Notes: generated by a model from the sequence alone, not told the origin. A DNA stretch of 64,000 bases from an uncultured Gemmatimonadales bacterium (GCA_963846545.1 CAWJWG010000001.1:2630515-2694514); one strand, 5' to 3'; positions 11,478-23,314 are shown, counted from the first letter of the stretch. Made by a program: numbers and translations.

Positions 11478-14400
11478 ATGGACGGCCGCCCCTACCTGAA
11501 ATGCCTCGGTCAACCTGCCTTATTCTCTCCGGCTGGTGAACCCATTCGGATCCGAACCAAGAAGCATCTTGCCCTTCTCGTCTATCTATTCGTCGAAGGC
11601 CGACGAAGCCATCGACGTGATAGACTGGCCGAGTTGTTCTGGCCGGACGTACCCTCTCCCCAAGCTCGCCACTCGTTAGCGACAGCCCTATCGATTCTTC
11701 GCCCGCGATTGGGTACCGGTGCGCTGTCGACAACTCGTGATCACGTCGTTGTTAACGAGAATTGTGTCAGCATGGACATAGATCGACTATTAGCTGGCGA
11801 TGTTGTCGGAACGGCGACGCGGGAAGCACTAGAGGTCACGGAGTTTCTTGAAGGATTCGAGATCCCTGATTCAGCTGAATTCGGCCTTTGGAAGGACCGA
11901 CAGAGGGCCAGGCTCCTTCCGGGTGTCAGAGCCGCGCTGGTACAGCTGATAGATGGGTGCCGGCGAACTGGTGACACTCGTCAAATAGAACACCTTGCAG
12001 ACATGATGCTAGCGCTGGATGAGCTTAGCGAGGAAGCAGTAAGGGCGAAAATGGAGGCTCGCGCATTTGCGGGAGATCGACTGACAGCACTACGGATCTT
12101 TGAGGAGTGGAAAGGGAAGCTTTCTGAAGCAGTTGGTGCTCAACCCTCCGAGCTAATTGAAGGTATGGCGGTCCGGCTTAGGCGCCGGGGATGGGAGCGG
12201 AGTGACCTAGCTGACATACCGACCGTTCGCACCGATCAATGGCGTGACCGATGTTTCATTGGTCGGTCTGTCGAATACCGAACTCTGTACGAGGCGTGGG
12301 AAAGAACAAAAAGGGGCAAGGCATCACACGTTTTGGTTCTAGGAGACTCGGGTGTAGGAAAATCGACTCTGGTAGACCGTCTCATCACGGCCGCTGGATT
12401 GGAGGGAGCTGCCTTTAGTCGGGCACAGTGTTACGACCTAGAGCAGGAGATACCCTACGCAACTCTTGGGAACCTGGTACGAGGGCTTTTAGATAGGCCT
12501 GGAGTCTCCGGCACGCCACCGGAAGCTCTAGCCGAAATTGCGCTTACGATACGAGACGTCCGACGACGGTTTCCCACCGTTCCTGTGGTCGAGGAGAGTC
12601 AAGGAGAGACAGCGCGGCTGAGGTTTACCGAAGCGATCTATCAGATGCTGGAGACCATCGCTGAGGAACACCCAGTCATACTGGTGATCGACGACTTGCA
12701 TTTGGTCGACGAGGCCAGTCTCTCGGTTCTCCATTTGATCGCACACCGGGTTCACAACCAGGCAATAATGCTTGTGCTCGTGGCACGGGAGGGCGAATTG
12801 CCCCGCTCGCAGCGGGCTGCACAGCTTCGTGGTAGTGCACAAACCATTGGTATACGGGAAATCGAACTGCCGCCGCTTTCGGACGAAGAGAGCGCAGAAC
12901 TCCTAGAAGCCCTCCTCAGTCCAGCCCGCCCAGGCGTGGACGCACCCTTGCGCCGGGCCATTATTCGAGCCGCGGGCGGGTTTCCCATGATCCTAGAGCT
13001 GCTGGTCCAGGACTGGGAAGCCAACGGCGATCGCTCCTTGGTGTTGGGCCTCGATGCCATGACGATAGACTTTGCCACTAGCGCAGAAGCACCCCCAGTG
13101 TACAAGCAAGTCTTCGAACGCCTAGCATTTGCCTTGGATCATGGTACGCGACATGTGCTGAACGTCGCCGCAGTATTGGGGCACCGCCTGAACGATCTAT
13201 CGCTATACTCAGTCGCCGATCTTGGCCAAGGTCAGGTCATGGCCGCCATGGCTGATCTTGTCCGCCATCGGGTGTTGCGGGATGGAGGGCGTGGCCTCGA
13301 GTTCGTAAACGAGTTTGTGCGAGCAGCCGCGTATCTAGGAGTACCTTCTCCGGTGCGGCGTGCCCTACACGCATCTGTGGCCGCGCATCTCATGGACGAA
13401 GAGCGGAGGGGAGTCCGCTTCCTCGGATTGGAAATTGCCTGGCATGCAACACGCGCAGGTCGGGTCGCTGAAGTCCCATCGTTTCTTCTCAAAGGGGCTC
13501 AGGAAGCGCTAGCGCAGGGTGCGCTCGACGCGGCTGGTCGGGCACTTGGAACCGCTCTAGGACAGCTGGCAAACGAGGATCGGTGCGCCGCGACCCTACT
13601 GCTAACCGAAGTGTTACAAGAGCAGGGCCGTTGGGGTGAATCAGCCAGAGTGTTGATGGACCAAGAGACCGCTCGGTCCTCCGCCATGGGAACGGTTCTC
13701 TTGATGTTAGCTGAACACCGGACGGCCGCCTCAACCGGAAACACTCTGATAGGTGCCGTACAACGATTGCTCGCAATAGTAGAAGCAGATTCCTCACAAC
13801 GTGTTCGCCTGAAGGCGGCGAACGCGGCGGCGCAACTGATGGGAGATGTACGCGACAGGGCACTCGCACGAGCGGTGCTCAGAGCGCTCGACAGCATGAG
13901 CCGCACTGATTTCACCGAGGACGAAGAATTCCAGTTAGGTCTTTGTCGTACTCAGCTACTGTACTATTCGGGAGAGCACCGAGCAGTCTTGGAAGCGCTG
14001 ACGGCACTCGCCACATCAATGAAGGCGCGCGGGGCCGCCAATTCGACTCTAGTCCGCGTTCACTCAGGCTTAGGCGTCATTCGTTGCTACGATGGCCAGT
14101 ATGACCTGGCCAACGCTGAGTTCTACGCTGCTCGCGCTATAGCAGTTCAGATAGGCAACGAAGCCCAACAGGTTACCTTGGCCGCGAATCTCGCCCTTTG
14201 TTGTCTTCGTCTTGGTAGGTATGACGAGCAGCTGGAGTGGAGCAGAAAGGCTTCAGGAGTGGGATTTTCGAGGTATCAGTGCCTGCAGGTCGCCTACAAC
14301 CAAGCCTTTGCCTTGGCAATGCGAGGGGAACCAAGAGCTGCCTGTGAGGCTTTTGCCAGCGTAGATCCGAATATCCCACCGGACAGCGCTCCTTGGCTCG

Positions 14401-14795
14401 TCCAAGCTTGGAAACTGCACCGCGCAGACATCCTTCGCCTTTGTGGTCAACAAGGCGCCGCAATGAGACAAGCCCGTGAAGCGATCGGCTGGCCAGAACC
14501 CGCGCTTCATGCACATTCGTTTGCGGGGGTCTTTGCTCGCTGGCTCGCGCTTGTCTCGAGGGAGGAAGGTGCGCTCGACCGGGCGCGCGTCATCCTAGAC
14601 GAGTTGGGGCACAGACCTAACGATTTTGATGCGGTCGATCGCGCGGAGATAGGATGCGCAAGATTGATCGTGTACCAGTCTCACAGATCTGAGGCTGAAC
14701 TAAGAGATCTGTTAGCGGAGAATTTGGCCGATTTGCCGTCTGCAGTCGTTACCCATCTCCATAGACTCGGAGTTCTTGAATTTCGTGATGCCTGA
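11478..14795 (+). CDS. SARP/AfsR-like regulator: wHTH-BTAD-AAA (STAND) ATPase-TPR-like
   Basis: RRDRLAELFWPD...ARHSL; BTAD LDELSEEA; Walker A GDSGVGKS; Walker B LVIDDLH. Confidence 0.9.
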   Translation: MDGRPYLKCLGQPALFSPAGEPIRIRTKKHLALLVYLFVEGRRSHRRDRLAELFWPDVPSPQARHSLATALSILRPRLGTGALSTTRDHVVVNENCVSMDIDRLLAGDVVGTATREALEVTEFLEGFEIPDSAEFGLWKDRQRARLLPGVRAALVQLIDGCRRTGDTRQIEHLADMMLALDELSEEAVRAKMEARAFAGDRLTALRIFEEWKGKLSEAVGAQPSELIEGMAVRLRRRGWERSDLADIPTVRTDQWRDRCFIGRSVEYRTLYEAWERTKRGKASHVLVLGDSGVGKSTLVDRLITAAGLEGAAFSRAQCYDLEQEIPYATLGNLVRGLLDRPGVSGTPPEALAEIALTIRDVRRRFPTVPVVEESQGETARLRFTEAIYQMLETIAEEHPVILVIDDLHLVDEASLSVLHLIAHRVHNQAIMLVLVAREGELPRSQRAAQLRGSAQTIGIREIELPPLSDEESAELLEALLSPARPGVDAPLRRAIIRAAGGFPMILELLVQDWEANGDRSLVLGLDAMTIDFATSAEAPPVYKQVFERLAFALDHGTRHVLNVAAVLGHRLNDLSLYSVADLGQGQVMAAMADLVRHRVLRDGGRGLEFVNEFVRAAAYLGVPSPVRRALHASVAAHLMDEERRGVRFLGLEIAWHATRAGRVAEVPSFLLKGAQEALAQGALDAAGRALGTALGQLANEDRCAATLLLTEVLQEQGRWGESARVLMDQETARSSAMGTVLLMLAEHRTAASTGNTLIGAVQRLLAIVEADSSQRVRLKAANAAAQLMGDVRDRALARAVLRALDSMSRTDFTEDEEFQLGLCRTQLLYYSGEHRAVLEALTALATSMKARGAANSTLVRVHSGLGVIRCYDGQYDLANAEFYAARAIAVQIGNEAQQVTLAANLALCCLRLGRYDEQLEWSRKASGVGFSRYQCLQVAYNQAFALAMRGEPRAACEAFASVDPNIPPDSAPWLVQAWKLHRADILRLCGQQGAAMRQAREAIGWPEPALHAHSFAGVFARWLALVSREEGALDRARVILDELGHRPNDFDAVDRAEIGCARLIVYQSHRSEAELRDLLAENLADLPSAVVTHLHRLGVLEFRDA

Positions 14796-14943
14796 GAGAC
14801 ACACCACTGTTTCCTCGCGCTGAACGAGTGTGAGAATGTGAGAGCTTCCGGTGGCCAGCAAACCGCGGGTATGTCCCCTTTTCGGCTGAACCAGCAGCCC
14901 TACTTCGTCCTCCCAATCTGGGGATCTCAATACCCAGTACTCC

Positions 14944-16344
14944 CTAGCTCGCACCACCAGTCTTCCAAAGGCCCGCGACTGGCCAGTTCACCCGACGAGA
15001 CCTGGTCGGTGCGATGTCCCGCCGATCGAGGTCTGCAGTAGGGCCAACTATTAGGCGTCGTACGCCAACAGACGAAACCACCACATCGACTAGGTCGGTG
15101 TCAAACTGTGTTCCCTTGCACTTTTGAAGTTCGGCGATGACGACTTCTAGCGGGAGACGTTTTCGGTAAGGACGATCGGTTGTCATCGCATCGATCGTGT
15201 CGGATATGAGGATGATGCGTGATCCGAGCGGAATGCTCTTGCCGCTAAGGCCAGAAGGATACCCCTCACCATCCCACCGTTCATGGTGATGACGGACCGA
15301 CTCCTGAATAAACCCTCGAAATTTCGAAATGATTCCAACCAGTTCCGCACTTTTTGCGGAATGCGTCTGCATTAGAGCAGTTTCTTCCGGGGTAAGCCGC
15401 CCCTCCTTTCGCAACAATGGTGCGAACTCCTCGTGGATCTTACCGACGTCATGCAAGAGGGCCGCGGTCTCAATCTGCTCAACCTCCTTGGCGGGAAGGC
15501 CAAGCTCCACAGCGATCGTCCGCGAGAGCTCGCTAACTCGGACAGAATGGCCTGAAGTGTAGGGGTCGCGGGCCTCGATTGCCTTTACCATCACCTGCAG
15601 GAGTTCTTGCCCGCTGTCCTGCAATTGATGGTACAGCCCATAAATATGTCGGACGGCGATGATTGGAAGAATTATCCCGATGAGGCCAATAGAACCGAAG
15701 CCCAGCCACAGATCAAACCTCACGTACAGCCAAGCCACAAACACCGCGATAGCACTCGCCCCCAGATCGTAACCGAGTACCCCTCGGGTATTTAGGTTCC
15801 AAACTTCTCTGAGCGCGCGGTCGGAACTCAACGCGACTGCGGTGCTAACCGCAACGGAGTTGACGAGGAAGTACACGGTGGCGAAGAGCAGGAACAGCCC
15901 AAGGTCGCGCTGGACTGCTTCGGACGAGAGCGTTCCATTGGCGCTCAAGTAAGCCGGCGGAAGCTTCCCTCCTGCGACGAGATAAACAGACACAGCCAGG
16001 GAAATCGACAAGATCCGCTGGGAAACATTGAAGACAATCTTGAGCGGAGAGTTAGCGCGTGAAAGTTCCCCAAGGAAGGTGGATACGCCTGCGACCACGC
16101 TCGCCCAAAACCCTCCGAACAGCAAAGCAGCCGCAAGGTGCATGACGAACGACGTCGACCCCCTTGCTGCAACCCTCAGTCTGGTTGTGGTCAGTCCTTC
16201 TAGGAGGGTTGCGACAAGGAGGAAGGTGCCCAGGGGCCACCACCCTGGAAATTGCAAGCGAGAAAAGTACACGGTGTAGCCGGCGATTGCCGCTGCACCC
16301 GCCACCCCAAACACGAAACAATGGACTCTTGCTTCACGCGACAT
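14944..16344 (-). CDS. Membrane-bound HD-GYP cyclic-dinucleotide phosphodiesterase with multi-TM sensor domain
   Basis: About 7 hydrophobic segments, then ARDPYTSGHS, LLHDVGK, HHERWDGEGYP, DAMTTDRPY. Confidence 0.92.
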   Translation of the reverse strand: MSREARVHCFVFGVAGAAAIAGYTVYFSRLQFPGWWPLGTFLLVATLLEGLTTTRLRVAARGSTSFVMHLAAALLFGGFWASVVAGVSTFLGELSRANSPLKIVFNVSQRILSISLAVSVYLVAGGKLPPAYLSANGTLSSEAVQRDLGLFLLFATVYFLVNSVAVSTAVALSSDRALREVWNLNTRGVLGYDLGASAIAVFVAWLYVRFDLWLGFGSIGLIGIILPIIAVRHIYGLYHQLQDSGQELLQVMVKAIEARDPYTSGHSVRVSELSRTIAVELGLPAKEVEQIETAALLHDVGKIHEEFAPLLRKEGRLTPEETALMQTHSAKSAELVGIISKFRGFIQESVRHHHERWDGEGYPSGLSGKSIPLGSRIILISDTIDAMTTDRPYRKRLPLEVVIAELQKCKGTQFDTDLVDVVVSSVGVRRLIVGPTADLDRRDIAPTRSRRVNWPVAGLWKTGGAS

Positions 16345-16385
16345 AGGGCTTTGCAAGCTAAGGGATCCCGATCCCCACCGTCAGA

Positions 16386-16469
16386 CTAGTGCCAAGTCTG
16401 CCCTTCGCCCTTACCAAACAGACCGGCGAGTGCGTTGGCAAAAGTCGCGAGCCAGCTGATCTTCAACAT
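16386..16469 (-). CDS. 27-aa peptide MLKISWLATFANALAGLFGKGEGQTWH
   Basis: Manual translation; ATG preceded by GGGGGTG SD-like sequence; ends 41 nt before HD-GYP start; below ORF-track cutoff. Confidence 0.65.
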   Translation of the reverse strand: MLKISWLATFANALAGLFGKGEGQTWH

Positions 16470-16761
16470 GAGCGTCACCCCCCAGAGAGAAATGCATTAA
16501 ATCGGGAAGTGGCAAGCCTCGCTATGGCCGCCAGACGCTCCGCTCAATCAGTTTTTTCGCTAGTCTCCGCTGTGCTCGTTTGTCCTGCACCTACAGAGAC
16601 CGGGATCCCCTAACCTTGTGTCCTTTCACCGTGAGTTGGCCTGCCGGCGCCGGCCTGGCGCCCCACCGAGAATCGTCCTCCGAAAGAAGCGGTGAGCGCA
16701 CCCAGGGTGCGCCCAGAAGTCTGATCTTAGAATTGGCTCCGAAAACCGGGACCCGGAAGGG

Positions 16762-17532
16762 TCACCCCGGCCGCCGGGCCTCGGTCCACCGGTTGGTCGC
16801 GTCCAGCACGGCGAACACCGCCGCCCGCTCCGCGCTCTCCCGGATCTCCGCCGAGCCGGTCAGGAGCGACGTCTCCCGCCCGCCCAGCCCCTGCACCGCC
16901 ACGAAGGCGAACTCGCGGTCGAAGGCGTCGATGATCTTGGCGCCCTCGAGCGCGATCGAGAAATCGGTCAGCAGGCGGTCGATCACCACCACCGACGCCT
17001 TGGCCGCACCCTCCACCCGGCTCCGCGGCGTGTCCGACGCCTCCTCCTCCGCCGTCTCCGATTGCCCCCGGTACGACAGGGTCACGGTGATGGCGATGCG
17101 GTGCGGCCGCTTGCCCGGCGCCACCGACATGGTCTCGAACAGGATGGCCCGCTGCAGCAGCCGGTCGCGCACCGCGTCCCGCTCCAGCAGCTCGATCGGC
17201 CGCACCTCGGCCGTCTGCGCGATGCTGATCTTCCGGTGGTCCACCTTGAGCCCGAGCTGCGCCAGCAGCGCCGACTCGATGTTCCGCACCAGCTGCTTGG
17301 GCTGGAGCCCGGCGTTGGCCAGGATGTGGACCTCGGTCACCTCGCCCAGCGGCGAGGTCACCACCCGCGCCGAGAGGATGCCCTCGAGGCTGGTCAGCAG
17401 GTTCTCCGCCCGCCTGACGCCCCAGGGATCCGGTATCGCCTCCACCGCCCCGCTGCTCCGCGGGGCCTGACCCGGCAGCGGCGCCTGGCTCACGTTCACT
17501 GGTCCACTCGGTCTTGGACTGAATCCCGTCAC
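16762..17532 (-). CDS. Conserved hypothetical cytoplasmic protein
   Basis: GC-rich codon usage; motif EVHILA...PKQLVRNIESAL...VDHRKISIAQ and C-terminal AVLDATNR. Confidence 0.8.
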   Translation of the reverse strand: MTGFSPRPSGPVNVSQAPLPGQAPRSSGAVEAIPDPWGVRRAENLLTSLEGILSARVVTSPLGEVTEVHILANAGLQPKQLVRNIESALLAQLGLKVDHRKISIAQTAEVRPIELLERDAVRDRLLQRAILFETMSVAPGKRPHRIAITVTLSYRGQSETAEEEASDTPRSRVEGAAKASVVVIDRLLTDFSIALEGAKIIDAFDREFAFVAVQGLGGRETSLLTGSAEIRESAERAAVFAVLDATNRWTEARRPG

Positions 17533-17584
17533 ATCCTACCCCTCTTCCCGGTCTTATCGTTCATGGGCGAAGGAGGTCGCCCTG

Positions 17585-19274
17585 TCACGCCACCGCGTTG
17601 CGTCCGGCCGCCTTCGCGCGGTACAGCGCGCGGTCGGCCGACACCAGCAGGTCCACCTCGGCCGGCTGCCGACGGATCGAACTCCGCCAGGCCGATGCTC
17701 ACCGTCACCATCCCCTGCGGGTAGCCGAGCCGGCGCCCGGTGCCCTCGATCCCCGCCCGGAGCGCCTCCGCCACGCGGACGGCGCCCTGGAGATCGGTGC
17801 GGGTGAGGATCACCACGAATTCGTCGCCGCCGTACCGGGCCGCCACGTCGGAGGCGCGGACCGCGTTCCGGATCTCACCCGCCACGGCGCGGAGAATGTC
17901 GTTCGCCGCCTCGTGGCCGAACTGGTCGTTCACCTCTTTGAACCGGTCGAGGTCGAGGAACAGCACCGCGAAGCCCTCGTTGCTGCGCTTGCTCCGCTCC
18001 ACCTCGAACGCCAACTGGTCCCTGAGCACCCGATAGGTGCTGAGCCCGGTCATCGTGTCCACCGCCGCCGCCCGCTGGGCCTCGTCCGCCCGGCGCTCCT
18101 GGTAGGGCGTGCACTGCCGCATGCTGGCCCGGCCCAGCGCCGCCGCCTCGGCGAACCGCTGGCAGGTCTCGAAGCCGCACGCCCGGCAGTCCCACGGGCG
18201 CCCGTTCGGGCCCTTGCCGATCTGGTCCAGGACGGCGGCCACCGCCGCCGGGTCGGGCTTCATCCGGCGGGGCTTGATGGCGAAGGTGGCGCCGATGCTC
18301 GCCACCACCGCCGCATCCACCACCGGGAACCGGCTCCGCGGCGGCTCGGTGCTCGCCACCAGCTCGCGGCGCCAGTACAGCTCCTCGTGCGGCCCTGAAA
18401 GCGGGTGGTCCAGCGCCCCCTCCGTCGACAGGATATCCACGAAGCCGAGGTCCATCCGGTCCACCGCCACCGCCCGGGCCAGCGCCCGGAGCGCGTCGAG
18501 CCCCCGGATCTTCCGGAACCGCCGGCTGGAGTAGCGCGACTCGTCCAGCAGGGCCAGCGGGAGACCCCCCGCCGTGCTCAGGTGCCGCCGCCGCTCCTCC
18601 GGCACCCGCTCGAAGAAGCTGGGCTGGGCCGCCAGGTTCACCCCGCGGATCCGGAAGATCTGCTCCAGGTCGCCGAAGGTGATCGCCGCGTCCAGGTCGC
18701 CGCTGTCGGCCGGGGGACAGATCCCCGCGTACGCGATGCGCAATCCGGTGCGGTAGAGCGCTCGCAGATATCGCGCCTCGGCCACCGCCGGCAGCGTCAC
18801 CGGCGCCAGGTACGGCACCAGCTCCGGGTACTGGCTCCTCACCGTCTCCACCACGACCGGGTCGGTGGACCGGATCATGGTGCCCCAGGGCTCTTCTTCC
18901 AGCAGTTTAAGATATTCCGCGGCAACGAGTTCGTCGCCTATGACGCCGCGGGTGACCGCCCGGAAGCCGGCGGCGTAGCAGGCGTTGATCAACTGTTCCG
19001 GCGTGGCCGGATAAAAATGGGCGACCGACTCCGGGCTCAGGATCAGGATCCCATCGCCCTGCGAGGCAATGGCGAGAGCCTTGCCGATTTCGCCATTTAC
19101 CTTGACCGCGCCGTGGGGGCACGCCGGCAGACACTGGCCGCAGCGGATGCAGGCCTCGTCCACCACCTGCAGCAGCAGCGGCTCGTCGCCCGCGACGGCA
19201 ATGGCGTCGGTGGGGCACACGCGCACGCATGCCAAGCAGGCGACACAGAGCTCGGCGTCGATCGCGAAATTCAA
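17585..19274 (-). CDS. Diguanylate cyclase with 2[4Fe-4S] ferredoxin, [FeFe]-hydrogenase-like and FeS domains; +1 frameshift near 17670
   Basis: CVACLACVRVCP, CIRCGQCLPACP, DCRACGFETC; RYGGDEF; corrected C-terminus ADRALYRAKAAGRNAVA-stop. Confidence 0.85.
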
Positions 19275-19312
19275 GGGTACCCTGGCCAGGGGGAGTCGGG
19301 GTAAGTACCCGC

Positions 19313-19341
19313 AATTTGACGGCCAGCGGCCGGACTGTCAA
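19313..19341 (-). promoter_or_regulatory. Sigma70-type promoter of FeS-GGDEF gene
   Basis: TTGACA-17 bp-CAAATT on minus strand. Confidence 0.5.
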
Positions 19342-19413
19342 TAGCTGCAATGCTGCAAAACAATGAGTCAGTGGCACTTAGCCGAGGTGCCACCGGCATC
19401 CTCGACAGCTAAG

Positions 19414-20913
<1,500 letters not shown>

Positions 20914-20948
20914 GGGGGGAAAAGTAAGCTAATAGTTAGCTTCCTCCC

Positions 20949-22802
20949 GTGACCCGCGATGTTCAGGAGCAGCTGCAGCGATCGCTGGGAGACGCCTACC
21001 GCATCGAGCGGGAGCTCGGTGGCGGGGGGATGTCGCGCGTCTTCGTGGCGCTGGAGACGGCGCTGCAGCGGAAGGTCGTGGTGAAGGTGCTCCTGCCCGA
21101 GCTGGCGGCGGGGGTGAGCGTCGAGCGCTTCCGCCGCGAGATCTACCTCGCGGCCCAGCTGCAGCATCCGCACATCGTGCCATTGCTCTCCGCCGGCGAG
21201 TCGGAGGGCCTCCCCTATTTCACCATGCCGTACGTGGACGGCGAGTCGCTCCGGGCCCGGCTGCTGCGGGAGCGGGAGCTGCCGGTGGCGGCGGCGGTGC
21301 GCCTGCTCCGCGACGTCGCCGCCGCGCTGGCCTACGCCCACGAGCGCGGCGTGGTGCACCGGGACATCAAGCCCGATAACGTGCTGCTCTCGCGCGGCAT
21401 CGCGGTGGTGACCGACTTCGGGGTGGCCAAGGCGCTCACCGTGTCCAGCGAGTACGAATCCCAGCGGACCTCCCCCGGCCTCACCTCGCTCGGCGTCACC
21501 CTCGGCACGCCGCACTACATGGCCCCGGAGCAGGGCACCGGGGATCCGGCGATGGACCACCGGGTGGACATCTACGCCTTCGGCGCCACCGCGTACGAGA
21601 TCCTGAGCGGCGACCCGCCGTTCACCGGGAAATCGCCCCACGCGATCCTCGGCGCCCACCTCGCCGGCATCGCCAAGCCGATCGCCTCGCTCCGGCCGGG
21701 TCTGCCGCCGCTGCTCGCCCACGTGATCATGCAGTGCCTGGAGAAGCGCCCCGCCGACCGGCCGCAGAGCGCGGACGAGATCATTCGGGTGCTCGACTCG
21801 CTCGCCACGCCGACCGGCGGGACGGTGCCGCTCCCGATGCCGCGCACCCAGGTCCTCAAGGCTCGGGGCGCAGGGGTGCGGCGGTTCGTCCTCCCCGTGG
21901 CGGTCGCGGCCCTCGCGACTGCGGTGGCGATCTTCGCATGGCCCCGGGGAGGGGCGGCGCCCGATCGGACCGAGTCGGTGGCCGAGTCCACCGCCGCTCC
22001 GCCCAAGCCCGAGCCGGCCGTGCCGCCCGCGGCGGTGCCCGCGCCGCCGGCTGGGCCGGCGTCACTCGACACCTTCAGGGCGGAGACCACGCGCGCGCCG
22101 GCGCGGGCGCGCGCCCCCGCCCCCGCCCCCGCGGCCGAGGCGCCGAGCGCGGAGGACCTGGCGCTGCTGGGCCGGCTCCGCGCCGAGGCGGCGGGCGCGC
22201 GCGAGCGCGCCGTGGCCGCGGGCGCGGGCGACTCGATCCTCGCGCGGGGCGACTCCGCGCTCGAGCGCGCGGCGGCCCTCGCGCGCCGGCGGCGGACCGC
22301 GGAAGCGGCGGCGCAGCTCTCGAGGGCGGCGACACAGTGGTCGGCGGCGGCGGCCCGCGCGGCGGTGACCCCGCCCGCACCTCCCGACACCGCGGGATTG
22401 CCGACCACCCAGCCGGCGGCGCGTCCCCGCCCCACCGCCCCGGTCCCTCCGGCTCCGCCCGCGCCGGTCACGCCGCCGGCCGAGCCGCAGATCCGGGCGC
22501 TCTTCACCGAGTACGGCGCCGCGATCGAGTCGCGCAGCGTGGACGCGATCCGGCTGGTCTATCCCGATCTCCCCCAGGAGAAGGCGCGCGAATGGCAGGA
22601 GTTTTTCCGGGGCGTGAGCGACGTGCAGGTGGAGCTGGAGGTCACCGAGCTGCGGGTAGCCGGCGACGCCGCGGACGCGCGGCTCTCGGGGGTCTACGTC
22701 TTCAACAACCCGAGCACGCGGAAGGTGCAGCGGGAGCCGGTCTCGTTCCAGGCGTCGCTGGAGCGGAGCGGCGGGCGCTGGCGGATCGCCTCGCTGAAGT
22801 GA
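20949..22802 (+). CDS. Hanks-type Ser/Thr kinase with TM helix, Pro/Ala linker and SnoaL/NTF2-like C-terminal domain
   Basis: LGGGGMS, VVVK, HRDIKPDN, DFG, YMAPE. Confidence 0.92.
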   Translation: MTRDVQEQLQRSLGDAYRIERELGGGGMSRVFVALETALQRKVVVKVLLPELAAGVSVERFRREIYLAAQLQHPHIVPLLSAGESEGLPYFTMPYVDGESLRARLLRERELPVAAAVRLLRDVAAALAYAHERGVVHRDIKPDNVLLSRGIAVVTDFGVAKALTVSSEYESQRTSPGLTSLGVTLGTPHYMAPEQGTGDPAMDHRVDIYAFGATAYEILSGDPPFTGKSPHAILGAHLAGIAKPIASLRPGLPPLLAHVIMQCLEKRPADRPQSADEIIRVLDSLATPTGGTVPLPMPRTQVLKARGAGVRRFVLPVAVAALATAVAIFAWPRGGAAPDRTESVAESTAAPPKPEPAVPPAAVPAPPAGPASLDTFRAETTRAPARARAPAPAPAAEAPSAEDLALLGRLRAEAAGARERAVAAGAGDSILARGDSALERAAALARRRRTAEAAAQLSRAATQWSAAAARAAVTPPAPPDTAGLPTTQPAARPRPTAPVPPAPPAPVTPPAEPQIRALFTEYGAAIESRSVDAIRLVYPDLPQEKAREWQEFFRGVSDVQVELEVTELRVAGDAADARLSGVYVFNNPSTRKVQREPVSFQASLERSGGRWRIASLK

Positions 22803-22803
22803 G

Positions 22804-23208
22804 CTATGAGACCACGAGCGTGTCGGGTCCGGCGATCTTGTGGACGTGACAGCCATTGGAACCGAATCGATAACGACCGCTGGCCTGATGGCCCCCCGCC
22901 TTCAAGACCACTGCGACCTCGTCGCCCAGCGGGAGGATCTCACCTATGAACTCATCGCTGAAGATCACGACGCCGGGGAGGCCTTCCGCCGGCAGGTTGT
23001 CGGGAGGGAGCAGTGCGGCTACTTCGAGTACAGCCCCGCTCCGAAGGACCGTATCGGTCACGCCGATGCCGGCCAGGGACTGGCCGGTGGCGTTCACGAC
23101 GGCGACATGCAGCTCCTCAAAATTGGGTAAGCAGATGCCCGGGTCGGTTCCACATCCGGCCAAGGCGGCCGTCAGGCCCATCAGGGGTAGCAGCCGATAA
23201 CAGGGCAA
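22804..23208 (-). CDS. Small lipoprotein
   Basis: Lipobox LAGC; C-terminal CHVHKIAGPDTLVV. Confidence 0.7.
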   Translation of the reverse strand: MPCYRLLPLMGLTAALAGCGTDPGICLPNFEELHVAVVNATGQSLAGIGVTDTVLRSGAVLEVAALLPPDNLPAEGLPGVVIFSDEFIGEILPLGDEVAVVLKAGGHQASGRYRFGSNGCHVHKIAGPDTLVVS

Positions 23209-23314
23209 GCGCGAACTCTCAGGCCACAGAGGGTCAAGTTCGAGGTGACGCGGGAGTACACGGTCACGATCCGACGAATAGATGTGTTGGTAGCTATTAG
23301 CTCATAGCTTCTCT

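Noticed and set aside
14838-15041. Small ORFs between the STAND regulator and HD-GYP genes
   Set aside because: Overlap real genes, lack an RBS and show no recognisable features
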